From the human T2T-CHM13v2.0 reference genome, Homo sapiens: 64,000 nucleotides of DNA. The notes under the pieces were generated by a model, which had not been told where the DNA came from, made no database searches, and saw only the letters and a program-made list of their open reading frames with translations. The position numbers and the translations under genes are program-made. Positions 29,843 to 46,809 of this stretch are shown here, piece by piece (position 1 is the stretch's first letter; every line of letters begins with the position of its first letter). The stretch lies in the NCBI RefSeq assembly GCF_009914755.1, contig NC_060932.1, one strand, 5' to 3'.

Positions 29843-30571
29843 GTATGCATGTGTTTCATGGAATCTATAAACTTACTAAAGTTTGCAGATGCTGTATGAA
29901 TAAACATTTTTCTTTTCTGGTAACGATCCATATTTTTCGATAAGTTTTCAAAGAGGAATGAGATTGAATAAATTTGAAAGCACTTGTTCCATCTTTATAT
30001 GTCAGCCTTATTTTTGTCTCATCAATTCTTCATTTTTTTTGTTGTTGTTTTTCTCTTCACTTTTTTTTTTCTCCTTCCTAATATGGTTAGGAAGCAAATC
30101 TGTAAAAGCATAGAAAATCTTTGCTTTCTGATCATATCATTAAAAGAAAAGAATGAGAAATTTATGTTTTACTTTAAATTATAAAGTTTTTGTGTTATGT
30201 ATTCCTTGGTTTATTATTTACCTATATGTCATTAACTATTTTAAAGCAAAGAAAAAAATCACAATAAATAAAAACAGCAACATAATACCCTCTGTATTTC
30301 TTTTGATTTTGAAAAGAAATATAAGAAGAATTAATATTTTGAGGAAATAGCTTTTCAATACAAACATTACAAAATTAAAATAATAAATTAATAAAACATT
30401 TAAATCACATGAAAAGTAGAATAAATATAAATCCTAAAATCTTATCTCACAGAATTAATCACAATGAACATTTTAGAAAACCTTTTTAAGGTAAATCTTT
30501 CATATAAACACATAATTTCACATAATTAAGGTCATAATAAAATGTGTACCTTAATTTTCCATGGAAGAGAA

Positions 30572-32400
<1,829 letters not shown>

Positions 32401-32519
32401 AGAAACAAAAACACACACCTGGTTGTCTAATGTACTACCTCATTCCTGGAGAATGAATTTCTGGATCAAAAGCACAGTTAAATAATTTTTAAAAATACAT
32501 CTTATTTATTTGGACTTAT

Positions 32520-33100
32520 TTATTCAAAAATTTTTTATTCAGTAGCTGTTGTGTGCTGGGGACTGCCTAGGCCAGGGATAGAGAAGTAAAAAACAGTCCC
32601 TTTCTTTAAGGAGAGTGTAGACTTCAGTCAAATAATGTGACAAAATAGAACATAAAATGTGATAATATAGAAATAAGAATAAGGTACAACAAGAGCATAC
32701 AGAAGTTGCACCTAACTGGATATCAATAGATCTGGAAGAGGAAGTAATTAGATTAAGGGTTAGTTAAGTAATAAGAGCAAACATGAAGACTTTTCAAGTG
32801 AAAAGCAGCATTTGCAAAGTCCAAGAATGAATGAAATGAATGAATGAATGAATGAATGAATGAATAGTTTCCATTGAGAAACTGGCCCAAATCAGGGACA
32901 ACTGGAGCATAGAGTTCCAAGAGTGAACAGTAAGGGATGAAGGTATAAAAGAAGCTGAAATTTGAGTGTTGGAAACAGAGAGAACAGAGAACTTGTAGCA
33001 TGAGTTGATTAAAAAATAGTGTAGTAACTAACAAGTTTGAAGGCCTAATGGGAGAGGAAGTTATAAAGGGAGAGACTGAGGATATTGGAAAACCATTAAA
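32520..33100 (-). mobile_element. L2 relic containing (GAAT)n at about 32826-32864
   Basis: ttattcagtagc..tgtgtgctggggactg; gcagcatttgcaaag. Confidence 0.5.
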
Positions 33101-35999
33101 TTATGTGAGGAATTTTGGTATATTCACAGGTCTATTTCTTCTTAATTTTAAAATATTTCCTTTTGAAAGTTAGAGCAATAACTATGCATTCTTCTGGCTC
33201 ATGTAAAATAAGATGTGGTTCTCTCTTTTGTATCCCATTCTTTCTGGCTGTGTGCATGAGGAGACGATGCTAGGTGCTGTGCTTCTTCCTGACTGGACTT
33301 TCTCACTCTTTGGTTTGACTGTCCAGAGATCAGAGTGTGGTGATGTAAAAATTGGAAGTAGTGAAATTGTTAGGTCTCTTTTCACTCAAAATAGGGCGTC
33401 CAAAAGGAGTGAATTGGCATGCAATAATAAGTTGCTCATGTTACAGGCAATTCACTTTCAAGTTTTATCTAAAGGGATCATGCTTCCTGTGGCAAGTTTT
33501 GTATAAAATGTATAGCAATTCAGGTTAATACTATTTACTACCAGGGAAGACAGTGAAATTGAGAGTGTGTGCAAAATAATCTTCCATAATAGTAGACTTG
33601 TGTTCTCTTCATTTGACCTTTGATTGCCTGGACATTATGGGCTGCAGTATACTGGAATGGTGTGCAACGCCTTGGACCTTCCAAGTCTTAGTATCTGCTT
33701 GCAGCTTAATGACTCACATCACTCTTGGCAACTGTGCTTTGGACTTAAAGCAGTAATGCTGGTTCATGTGGATAATAGAAACAGTTTTCTGCCTCTGTGA
33801 TAGTAAACAGTCTTAAATGAACTTTTTTTCAAAGAATTTTTTCTTATAGAGCCATTCACACTGTTTTTGACCTGGTATAGAAGTCATTCTCCTTTGCAAA
33901 AGTGGTCATTGCTGATTAGAGAGATAAAATTATGTAACTGTCATACATACATGTATAGCTTGAACCACAAAGAAAGAAAAGGAATTAAAAAACATCAGCT
34001 TCATCCTTGTTATGTAATATTATTGTTTCCTCTATTTTATTTGAGACTAGCTTTTTTGGATTTTTTCTTCTTTGCAGCAGGGGTTTATATTACTCGAGTA
34101 ATTGGCTTTCTAATTTCCTTTGGGTATCAAATTGCCTACTAGACGAAATTGTTTAGAGTCATTTTTCTATGGTTTGACTTTAGGGTATTTAGAATTCTAA
34201 GAGGGGATTTCAGTTGTTCTAATTTACCCTGAAAACAAGTAAAGCTACTCACGGACGTTCTAGTCCTTGAATTTTAAGAAATATGCATCTTAAGAAATAA
34301 AATGTTATAATGAGCATAAAGCTTGATTTTGTGTTTTTGAAATTAATTCATTTGTTAAATGTATGTGTGTATGTGTACCCGTATGTGTATGTGCATACAT
34401 GTGTGTATTTCTATTTAACAAAGACAATGACAGTGACATACCTAAAATATTACAGAAAAATATCAGGAATTTGGAGGAGACATTTGGATCTATGGGAAAC
34501 TTCACTTAGATGAAACTAAACAAATAATTAACTAATTGAAAATGATGAAGTTAGAACTTAAGCTGCTAAAAGGACCCTTTTAGCATCCCAGGAGCGTTGC
34601 TGGAACATTGTTCAGGTACATTTTGGAAGCTAAATCTGATTACCCTCTTTATGAGCAATATATTCATATTTCTCAGTTTTCAGGCCTTCTACTTCAAGAT
34701 CTATTAAAAACTAACATCAACTAGAAAATTTATTCTAATTATTGAGTGCCTCTCATGTGAAAAGTGCCATGGGAGATATTCTGAATAACATGCATTTTTT
34801 TGTTTTACAAGTATATGTTGAACAGTTTCTATTGTGAAAATGCAGTGTGTGAAGCACCGGAAAAGCTTTGTGGTAAAGTCTAAAACTCTTTCATTTTTAG
34901 GAAGGCCATTCTGACTGTGATAAATTAGGATGATTGATGGGGGAGTAAAATAAAACTGCAGCCAGGGAGATTTATTTGGAGGTAGTTCAGTAGCCAAAGA
35001 ATGTAATGGAAAGCACCTAGATCAGGGCAGTGACAATAGGAATAAAAATAACATGATGGATGGAGAAACATTTTTTAAAAGTTGACTGAGAGTTTTTAGG
35101 TGGGATAGGCAAAAGAAAAAAGCTCCTAGATCTGATAAATGAATTCAGTAAAGTTTCAGGATACAAAACTAATATACACAAATCTGTAGCACTGCTATAC
35201 ACCAGTAGCAACCAAGTGGAGAATCAAATCAAGAACTCAACCCCTTTTATGATAGCTACAAAATAAAATAAAATAAAATATTTAGGAATATACCTAACCT
35301 AGGACGTGAAAGCCCTCTATAAGGAAAACTACAAAACACTGCTGAAAGAAATCATAGACAACACAAACAAATGGAAGCATGTCCTATGCTCATGGATGGG
35401 CAAAATCAATATTGTGAACATGACCATACTGTCAAAAGTAATCTATAAATTCAATGCAATTCCTATCAAAATACCACCATCATTCTTCACAGAACTAGAA
35501 AAAACAATCCTAAAATTCATATGGAACGAAAAAAGAGCCCATATAGCCAAAGAAAGACTAAGCAAATAAAACAAATCTGGAGACATCACATTATGCAGCT
35601 TCAAACTATACTACAAGGCTATAGTCACCAGAACAGCATGGTACTGGTATAAAAACAGGCATATAGACCAATGGAGCAGAACAGAGAACCCAGTAATAAA
35701 GCCGAATAATTACAGCCAACTGATCTTTGACAAAGCAAACAAAAACATAAAGTGGGGAAAGGACAGCCTATTCAACAAATGATGCTGGGAAAATTGGCAA
35801 GCTGCATGTAGAAGAATGAAACTAGATCCTCATCTCTCACCTTATGTAAAAATCAACTCAAGATGGATCAAGGACTTAAATCTAAGACCTGAAACTAAAA
35901 TCCTAGAAGATAACATTGGGAAAACCATTCTAGACATTGGCTTAGGCAAAGATTTCATGACCAAGAACCCCAAAACAAATGAAATAAAAACAAAGATAA

Positions 36000-36320
<321 letters not shown>

Positions 36321-36683
36321 AAAACAAAGATAAATAGGTGGGACTTAATTAAACTAGGGAGCTGTCATATGGCAAAAGGAACAGTCAGCAGAGTAAACAG
36401 ACAGCCCACAGAATGGGAGAAAATGTTCATAATCTATACATCTGACAAAGGACCAATATCCAGAATCTACAACAAACTCAAACAAATTAGCAAGAAAAAA
36501 ACAAATAATCCCATAAAAAAGTTGACTAAGAACATGAATAAACAATTCTCAAAAGTGGATATACAAATGGCCAACAAACATATGAAAAAATACTCAACAT
36601 CACTAATTATCAGGGAAATGCAAATCAAAACCGCAATGCAATACCACCTTATGCCTGCAAGAATAGCAATAATTTAAAAACCC

Positions 36684-37155
<472 letters not shown>

Positions 37156-37284
37156 CTACCTAGAGGAGAAGAAGTCATTATATGAAAAAGACACTTGCAC
37201 ACGCATGTTTATAGCAGCACAATTCAGAATTGCAATAATATGGAACCAGTCTAAATGGCCATCAACCAACGAATGAAGAAAATT

Positions 37285-37287
<3 letters not shown>

Positions 37288-37336
<49 letters not shown>

Positions 37337-37368
37337 GTACATATATGTGTGTATATATATATATATAT
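37288..37368. repeat. (TA)n microsatellite within L1PB1
   Basis: Read directly from the sequence. Confidence 0.95.
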
Positions 37369-39942
37369 GCGCCATGGAATATTACTCAGCCATAAAAAGA
37401 AATGAAATAATGGCATTCCAGCAACCTGGATGGAGTTGGAGACCATTATTCTAAGTGAAGTAACTCAGCAATGGAAAACATCGCATGTTCTCATTTATAA
37501 GTGGAAGCTAAGCTATGAGGATGCAAAAGCATAAGAACGACATAATGGACTCTGTAGACTTGAGGGGACAGGTAGGACCGGAGTGAGGGATAAAAGAATA
37601 CACATTGGGGTCAGTGTACACTGCTTGGGTGATGGGTGCACCAAAATCTCAGAAATCACACCTAAAGAACTTAAAAATGTAACGAAACGCCACCTGTTCC
37701 TGAAAAACTATTGAAATAATAGTTGAAACGAATAATCCCCCTACAAAGAATTTTAAGTTGTCTCATTAAATGAATAATTGTAACATTGCTAGAAATAATA
37801 TATTCCAAAGGGGCAAATAGTCTGTGGGAAAGGCCAAAATTTTGATTTCTAAAAATATGGAGCTTATGGAGTAGACTTTCAGTTGAACGTGTTGGTTGGC
37901 ATTTGGGGCTATGCAGAGGAACAGGCAGATTGATACAATAGCCAGGGGATTGTCCGGTTGTATGGAGGAAGAAAGAGGGCAGGAAAATTGAAGATTTTCT
38001 ACCTAGTTCTAGTTGATAAGCATGAATTTTTAATGAAGTATCCTATATTCAAGAACTACTGTATCACAACTATTATCATATTGTGGTAATTATCTGGAAA
38101 TTTAGTGAGGCGACCAGGGTTTAGTACTTTACATACACATAAATGGATATATACCATCACATGAACCTTTCACTTTAGTTTTCTATGATTTATTTTAGTT
38201 CCATACTTGGAGGTCAAATTTGCTATGCCTGCAGGTATGAGACAAAGGTTTATCTTACCTAAGAGGTAGTTTCTGCCCCTCCCAGAGTTTAGATTGAGCA
38301 CTTGCCCTTTCTGAGCTCCTGGAGTTTGTTTAGTAAAACAGATCTATAAGAGAAGGAAAACTGCAACTCTACAATGTTTCTTTTCTTTTTCTTTAGAGTG
38401 GGGAAAATGGAATTGTCTAAGTAGATACTAAGTTCGTACAGAAGTTTAGAGGATTTGGAGAAAAAGGGATAGGAAAAGGGGTGTTCTTATGTTAATGTTT
38501 TTAAGAGATGGAAAGGAACTGAAGAAGAGAGAGGCGAGATCTCACTGTTCTTAGTTGTTTTCTACCGAACTGGGAGCTGCAACTGTGAAATTTCCTGGGG
38601 CCAGAGGAAAAGCTGCCTTATCCATGTCTTCTGATTGGATTCTTAGCTCAGTGCCATGTCAACTTTCTTCACTTTGGCCACCATCTCATCCAGACTCGAC
38701 ACATATAGGCTCACCCTCACTCTCTTAGTGACCTTATTGGGTTCATAATATTCCATGGATTCTCAACCAATGCCAATATTAAGCTGCCCTAATTTTCCCT
38801 TGGAAAAAGTGTAATGATAATAGTAAATTTCAGATAAGCAGTTGGAAAAGGAAATAGAAAAGGGAGCACAATGAAGAACAGGGATAGTCCATTAGGAGGG
38901 ATGGTAAGTTTTAGAGATGAAAACCTGGCAAGAGCAATATCCAGAAGTCCTTGCAACACCATCCAAAAATATGTCACTGGCTAAACAGTTCTCTAACACC
39001 AGACTGACTCTGATGAAAATACCCTTATCTTAGTTGGTTATTAGGATATGGGGCAGATAACCAGAAGAAGAATTCAGAACAGCAATCAAGATAAAAAGAC
39101 ATAGATACAAAGTGCAGACAAACTAATTAAAATGATGTGTAGGAACAAAAGAGACACATAGTGATCAGAACTGAGCTGTAGCATTTAGGTTATTTCAAGA
39201 GCAACAATGATGATGCTAACACCTAAGTAATGAAGGTGGAGCTAATTAAAGACTGTTCCTCTGCAGAAGCTTTGGCCTCTCATTTGGGAATGAGGAGGGA
39301 TGTGGAAGCTAGAAACCAGTCTGGATCTTTCAAATTCCCAATACAAATTTTGAAGCAGCAGCTAATTAAAGACCCAATATCTCTGTCTCTTATATTAGTG
39401 CAGAAAGTGCTATGGAAAATATAAAAAATTTTAAAACGAGTTAATCAACTTTGAAAGGAGGAATATTACACCCAAGATTTAGGAGGTTTCAGATAAACTT
39501 CCTCTGGCAGCCAAAAATATATAAACACTGTAACCCCAGAACTCTATTTCAGCTCCCTCTCCTTGTGAGAATTTTTAATCACAATGACATTTCAATCATG
39601 GCGATTTGTAACTGAGTATTTTATTTATATGTTTATTTTCCTCATTAAGTCAAACATGATTTCTCAACTGACATCGAGACTAGAAATCCTGTCTCTAGCA
39701 AATAGCATAAACCATCCACATAGAAGTTTGTGCTGTCAGGGTAGCTGTGCCCTCCTTACCCAGTGAGAATCTGAGTTAACTGTTGGATCACATCATAGAA
39801 ATGTCTTTTAATTCTTGACCAAAATTTGACAACGTCTGCTTCTCAGTAGTCACCCTATCCGTTACACACCTGGAGAATAACCCAGCATGGGAATTTTCAG
39901 AACTGATTTTAAAAATTATCTCAAGGACTTATTTACTTTTAG

Positions 39943-40064
39943 AAGAAACTTTTCAGAAAGGTTCTTGGTGGCTGTGGACTTCAACCCACTGTCAGCTAGG
40001 CTACCACATACTTCTTCTGAGTTTCAGAAAGTACTTGCAAAGTATCATTCCTGGTCAAGCATAG
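39943..40064 (+). other. Candidate spliced exon (122 nt, probably non-coding)
   Basis: Acceptor ttatttacttttag| with a NAGNAG alternative, and consensus donor TAG|GTAAGT, in unique sequence. Confidence 0.3.
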
Positions 40065-40178
40065 GTAAGTGTTGTTTGGGACAAAAAGAAGGAAAAGTAG
40101 AGAAGACCAAAGTTGATTAGAATTAAAAATTTATGCAGATGGTTGGCAGGACCTTGACATTAAAATGTGAACAGTTTG

Positions 40179-40466
<288 letters not shown>

Positions 40467-40529
40467 TGTGAACAGTTTGTTGGGAAGGCATAGCATGGGA
40501 CTGAAGGGCGGGAGATGAGGAGGACAGAA

Positions 40530-40933
40530 GAGTCTGTGGAAGAGAGGCAATGTGAGAAGGAAGCAACTGGCTGTGTTGGCTTTGAAGATGGAGGACAGGG
40601 GTTGCAAGCCAGGGAATGTGGTAGCCTCTAGATGCTGATAAGAGCTCTCAGCTGACAGCCAAAAATAAGACAAAACTCTCAGTCCTACAGTTGCAATGAA
40701 CTGAATTCTGCCAACAACCTGAATGAGCAGAAACATGGATTCTTCCCTAGGGCCTCCAGAAAGGAACACAGCCATATCAACCCTTTGATTTCAGCCTTGT
40801 GAGAATTTAAGTAGAAACTAAGCTGAGCTTGTCAAACTTCTGGCCTAAGGAAATTGTGAGATAATAGTTTTGTGTTGTTTCAAGTGGCTACCTTTATGGT
40901 AATTTGTTGTGACACTAATAGAAAACTAGATAG
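40530..40933 (+). mobile_element. MLT1D/E MaLR LTR
   Basis: ggctttgaagatggagg, aactgaattctgccaacaacctgaatgagc, atggtaatttgtt..aatagaaaacta. Confidence 0.85.
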
Positions 40934-40934
40934 A

Positions 40935-43770
40935 TAGGTTTCAGTTTTGGACAATTATGAAAAAACCTGCTATGAAGCCAAATATAAATGCTTTTGTTTA
41001 AATATAAGTTTTCATTAATCTTGAGTAAATACCTAGGAGTGTCACAGTCAATTTTCATTATTTGTGGTAGTTATGTACTGTGAGGTCTTCTTGAAGACTA
41101 AATTGGTGAGTAATGAGACATTGCTCCTGGGGGAAATATGGGGTCAAGTTCCTGTGAGCCTTTGGTGACAATGTTTTTGTCAACTGACAAATACATAACT
41201 GTTTTCTGTGTTTCTGTTTAACGACACCTTATTTAATATATATTATTGGTTAATTAACATTGAACTCACAGCCAACTGCACTATAACTCACATCTGAACA
41301 AAACTTATCCAACACACAAATTTTCTCTGTAAGGCACAGCATAGCCTTCTTGTGCTTAGAAACACTAGACAGCACTCCAGCGCTACACACGTGGGGGCCG
41401 TTTTAAACTTCAAAATCACTCACCGAAAGCACAAAAATGCCAAAAACTAACTAGACTACAAAAAGCACACTTATTTACGGTATAAGAACTAAAACTCAAA
41501 GTCAGAGCATCAACTTGTTCAATCTCAGCTGGGAAAGAGCATGTTGCATGACTAAAATTTTTGGCTGCTCTGCACATGTTAGTGAGCCACTGCAAAACTG
41601 CTGGTGACTATTGATTTTGGGGGTCACAAATAAATTTTAGCAAGTGGGCAAATTCACTAATATGGAATTTGTGAAAAATAAAGATTGATTGTATTATTGG
41701 ATAATATGGTAAGCATATATTTAACTTCATGAGAAAATGCCAAACTGTTTTCTAAAGTAGCTGTACCATTTTGCATTCTCACTAGCAACCTCAGAGAGTT
41801 CCGGTGGCCCACTCCCTCAACAGCAATTAGTGCTGTCAGCTTCTCTGACTTGAGCTATTCTAATAGGTATATAGTGGTATCTCATTATGGTGTAATTTAT
41901 GTTTCTATAATGAGTAATGATGCAGAACATATTTTTCCACCTACTTATTTGCCACCCTTATATCTTCATTGGGGAAGGTATTTATGTTCAAACATTTTAC
42001 TCATTTATTAAACACTGGGTTGTTTGATTTCTTCTTGTTGAGTTTTGAGAGTTCTTTCTATATTCTGGATATATATCCTTTGTCAGATATGTGATTTCCA
42101 GATGTTTTCTCCTAGGGTGTGCCTTGGATTTTCATTCTCTTAAGGGTATCTTTGACAGAGCAAACGTTTGAAATTTTGATGAAATCTAATTATTCATTTT
42201 TATGGGTCACTTTTTTGTGGTGTTGTACTTAAATCTCTTTGGCTAGCCTAAAGCCATGCAGGTTTTCTTTTATGGTTCATTTTAGAAATTCTATAATTTT
42301 ACATTTAAGTCTGTGAAACATTTTGAGTTAATCTTTATGAAGGATGTGAGGTATAGGTTGAAGTGTAGATAGATAGATAGCTAGATAGATAGACAGATAA
42401 ATAAATGTCTCATTGTTTCTCAACCATTTGTTGAAAAGACTATTATTTCTCTATTGAATTGTCCTTGCATCTTTATAAAATATAAATTAACCACCTTTGT
42501 GTGGGCCCATTTCTGGACTGTATTCTGTTCCATTGTTCTGTATGTCTTTCTTTTCTTCAGTACCACATTTCCTGAATAGCGTAGCTTTATAGTAAGCCTT
42601 GCAATGAGGTAGTATGAGTACTCCAACTATGATCTTTTCAAAATTGTTTTGGCGATTTGAAATACTTTGTTTTTTTTTTGATGTAAATTTATGAATTAGC
42701 ATGTTGACAAAAATTCTGGAATTTTGATTGGGATGGTATTGAATCTGTGAATCTATTTTGGATAATTGACATTTTTATAATATAAAGTTTTCTAATTCAT
42801 GAACATATTTTATCACTTTATTTATGTTCCCTTTCATTTCTTTCATTCATTTTTTGTGTTTTCATCATATAGATTCTACATATATTTTGTTAAGTACATG
42901 TCTATGTATTTCATTGTTTGTTTCTGTTGTAAACAGTATTGCTTTTTAAGTATCAATGTCCAATTGTTTATTGCTAGCACATAGGAAAATACTTGAATAT
43001 TATACATTGACCCTATAACCTGTGACTTTGTAAACTCACTTATGGTTCTAGAACCCCTTTCCCCATTTTATTTTCAATTCCATAGGATTCTCTAAGTAGA
43101 CAATTATGTAGTTTATGAAAAGTGATCATTTTATTTCTTTCTTTCCAATCTGTATGCCTATTTCTTTTCCTTGCCTTATCTGTATCACGCTGAATAGGAA
43201 TGGTGCAAGTGAACATCCTTGCTTTTCCCCAGTTACAGGGGGAACATCTGATCTTTCACCATTAACTGTGATACTTGCTGCAGCGTTCAAAAAATGCTAC
43301 TTATCTGGTTAGTGAAAGTTTCTTTTCTGTTCCTAGTTTGCTGAATTTTAAAAAATGTGAATGGATGTGGAATCTTTTTAAATGCTTTCTTTCTGCATCT
43401 TTTGAAAGATCCTGGGTTTTTTTCTTGTTTAGTGTGTTTATTTGATGAATTGTATTGATTTTCAAATGTTAAGCCAGACTTACATTTCTAAGATAAACCC
43501 ACTTGGTTGTAAGGTGTTATCTTTTTAATATATTGGTGTATATTATTTGTTATATTTTGTTGATAACTTTTGTGTCTGTGTTCGTGAGGGATATTGGTTT
43601 GTAGTTTACTTTTCTTGTAATGTCTGCTTTTGTCATTGCTGACTTCAAAATATGAGATGGAAAGTGTCCTCTCTTATGGTTTTTTTGGAAAGATATTGTG
43701 TATAATTGGTATCATTTTTCCTTAAATGTTTGAAAAAGTTCACCATTGATACCATTTGAGCTTGTACTTT
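40935..43770 (-). mobile_element. Old L1MC/MD/ME ORF2-to-3' region, interrupted by MER82, with (GATA)n near 42366-42400
   Basis: aaatacctaggagtg; ccaaactgttttctaaagtagctgtaccattttgcattc; catttgttgaaaagact. Confidence 0.85.
41045..41691. mobile_element. MER82 (TcMar-Tigger) DNA transposon
   Basis: Inverted termini cagtcaattttcattatttgtgg / ttgtgaaaaataaagattgattg followed by TA; about 650 bp. Confidence 0.8.
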
Positions 43771-44257
43771 TGTGTGTTAAATGTCAAAGTAATGTTTAAA
43801 GAATGTAATTGAGTAACTATTATGTATCTGAGATATAGGCCACTTTCTCACACATTTTCTCAATTATTTTCATAATATATTTACTATTTCTACAGAAAAT
43901 TTTGACTTAGGTTAGCATGAGATATTGATGGGAGGAAAGATCAATTAGTAGGTTTGATGTAAAATAGACACTACTGTGTTAGTTTTCTATTTCACTGAGG
44001 AAGTTAAAATCTTTTCATGGAAGAGCTAGACTTATAGTTAAAGATGAGGTAAACTTGTGACTTTAGATGAAGTCATGACTTCTTTGTGCTCAAATTCTCT
44101 TATCTAAAATATGAGTATAATGCATCATAAAAATACATTACAACAGATAAAATATTCTGAATTTATGCCTAATTCATAAATGACTAAATTAGACTTTAAT
44201 AGAATATAAACACTAATTTTTCATCAAACTAGAAAATAATCAAATTTTAAGTATAAT

Positions 44258-44661
44258 TGTGGGAGAATTAACTAATTGTTCATTAAAATACGTATTCCCT
44301 TTGCCTTCTGAGTATATAGCAAGACTTTATTTCCCAACCTCCCTTAGGAGTACTTGTAGTCAGTGACTAAATCACATCCAGTGTAACATGAGAGGAAGCA
44401 TTGAATGCCACTTCTAGTCCAAGTTTCTAACAACCTGTTGTATGCAGTCTTCAAGGTTTTATTCCCCTTCAGGCTGGCTGAGGTTGAGACAATCAATGGC
44501 AACCTTTGAGATTGCAGAGCTGCTATGAGCCTGGGTTCCTTGCATGAATGAGAGTTACTCTGCCAACACATTCACCTGTCCAATAATACTGTTTGAAAAC
44601 CAAATAATCTAATGTGATTGGATCATTTGTTAACAATAACTGGTGTCACTTTCATTTGTAC
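44258..44661 (+). mobile_element. MLT1 (I/J-like) LTR
   Basis: tatttcccaacctccctt, atgccacttctagtccaag, gagcctgggttcct. Confidence 0.6.
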
Positions 44662-45411
44662 AATCAAACAGGGTAAAAGTTCTCTCTTAATGCTAATATT
44701 TCTTATTAGAAATATTTTCTTATTAAGAAAAATGAATGTTCAAATTTGAGCAATCCCAACAGAATACAAGTATCCTATTGCAGAGGGAACATAATTTATC
44801 ATCCCCCAAAGCTACAAATCAAAGATAAAAAAGAAAAATAATACTTAAGAGTTTGTTAATCAGGTGAAAAATCCCAGGGGAGGATATATGTGATTTTCTT
44901 TGGTTGTTGTTGGTTTAAGGATAGGCATAATAATCCCAAGATAGGCATTCCAAACAGCAATGATATTTAATTCATATATTAAGAGCAAGGAACTTTACTT
45001 ACACCTATAACTATGCAACACAGTATGTGAGCAATGTGGAATTGCTAAATGACTACTGTGGAAGCTTAAAGATTTGTATGTACTTATGAGCAATAGGAGA
45101 TATTAGGTATTTATATGACTCACTAAGGATTTCCATAATTCTCCTTTAATACTAAAAAGTATTCACACATTAAAGCAGAGTTCCGCAGCACTTAAAAAAT
45201 AACAAACCAACAATTAAAATGCAGAGAGATAATAGATTCATATTTTTCCTGTGTGATGGAAGATTGTTTAGGTATCAAGATTTATTTTGCCCTGCCAACA
45301 GAGTTATTAATCATCCTTCCTCATTTTCTTTCACTGCTGGGATTGTCAAGGATTTTCTTCTACCTTGAAAAACTGCACATAGTGAAGAGTTTCTTTGCCT
45401 TATTCCTGCAG

Positions 45412-45436
45412 TCTTAACATGTCCTACTGAGTAAAG
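45412..45436 (+). other. Candidate non-coding micro-exon or 3' end of a first exon
   Basis: tttctttgccttattcctgcag|TCTTAACATGTCCTACTGAGTAAAG|gtaagt; stop codons in all three frames. Confidence 0.3.
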
Positions 45437-46809
45437 GTAAGTTGTTTTTTATTGTGTATTTTGTTATATTTTTGAAAAATGGTTTTTAAATCAAGGCTTT
45501 GATTCCTCTCTTGGTATTGAAAGATCATAAACAAATACATTTTCATGTTATTTTTCTTTAGTAAGCTTTATGATTTTATCCTCGGCAACTGGACTAATTC
45601 AATAAGCAGCAGACCGTAAGGCAGTAAATGGATATACTATTAATTTTTTATTGCCAAAGTTTCTTTTATGTACTATTTGATCTAAAGATGTTCACATTTT
45701 TATGATGACACTGGCAGATTTGAAAAAATCTAGCCCTATAATTCCTATTGATAAAGCCTGGATATTTTTAACTCAGCAGCCCAAGGAATGCTAACAATTC
45801 AAGTCTCACGGACCAGTTCATTAAGTGAAAGTTTTGGGTGTGAAAGGAAAAGGAAAGCAAGTAGCTCATAGTTCCTTTGCCAAATCAATAGAACACAATT
45901 GGGAAGGTTTAACTACTGTACTAATACCAGTCCACTACAAGAACTTGGTGGATGATTTACTCTTTTCTTTGTTCGCTTTCAAAATGAGAAGTGTAGTCCT
46001 GAATTACCTCAAGAATAGCTTCTAAAAATTGCTTTGATTCTGTAGTTGCACAAAATTGGAGCTGAAGCAGTCAGCCATTAAAACAGAATGGTCAAATTAA
46101 GAAAAAATGGAAAGAAAACAAAGGATGTAAGGACATGCCTCATTCTCAGTTGGCCTGGTGTTCTGCATGCCCTCACTCCCTAGACTACTTTGCTGCTAAC
46201 TTTGCAGTTGTGCTAATTTGTAAGTACAGTAGAATCTCCCATCTCAAGCTCATGCTAACTAATCCAGTGCTCTCAATTCATATTCCTTCACCTTTGCAAA
46301 CGATTTATGTTCTGTAGAGATCCAAAAGAAGTGCTAGATACAATGTAAAACATGGGTGGTAATGACAGTACAAGCCTTGAAAGGGCTCAATCTGACCTAT
46401 ATCTATTGAGGAATTACTTGTAAAACTTCATGGAAATACAAATAAAAATGTTTCATGTCCATTGAGAGATTAGTCAGAGAAATAAGATCTGGTCACAAAA
46501 GGTACATAAAATATACACTAATAATCATGCAAAAGTTGCTTTATAGCTATTGATAGCCATACAAAAATGATAGCTAAATGACTGGTGTGGGTATTTCTAT
46601 GTTCTTGTGCCCTGATAATTTTTCTGGGCATTCAGTTTACTCTTTGAAAGTTGTTTAGTATTAAGCAATGCTAGAACAACAACAACAAAAATTATTCTTT
46701 TTGCATTGCTGAGGCGGACAGTAAATACTAAAGGCACTCCAAGAGAAAAACATGATTCAAGGCTGGGTGGTATAAAAATTCTTTATGGAGTTGGTAATAC
46801 CTGAGTTAG

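Noticed and set aside
34564-34585. 10-bp inverted repeat tgctaaaagg-ac-ccttttagca
   Set aside because: About what chance gives in 64 kb of AT-rich DNA, with no supporting context
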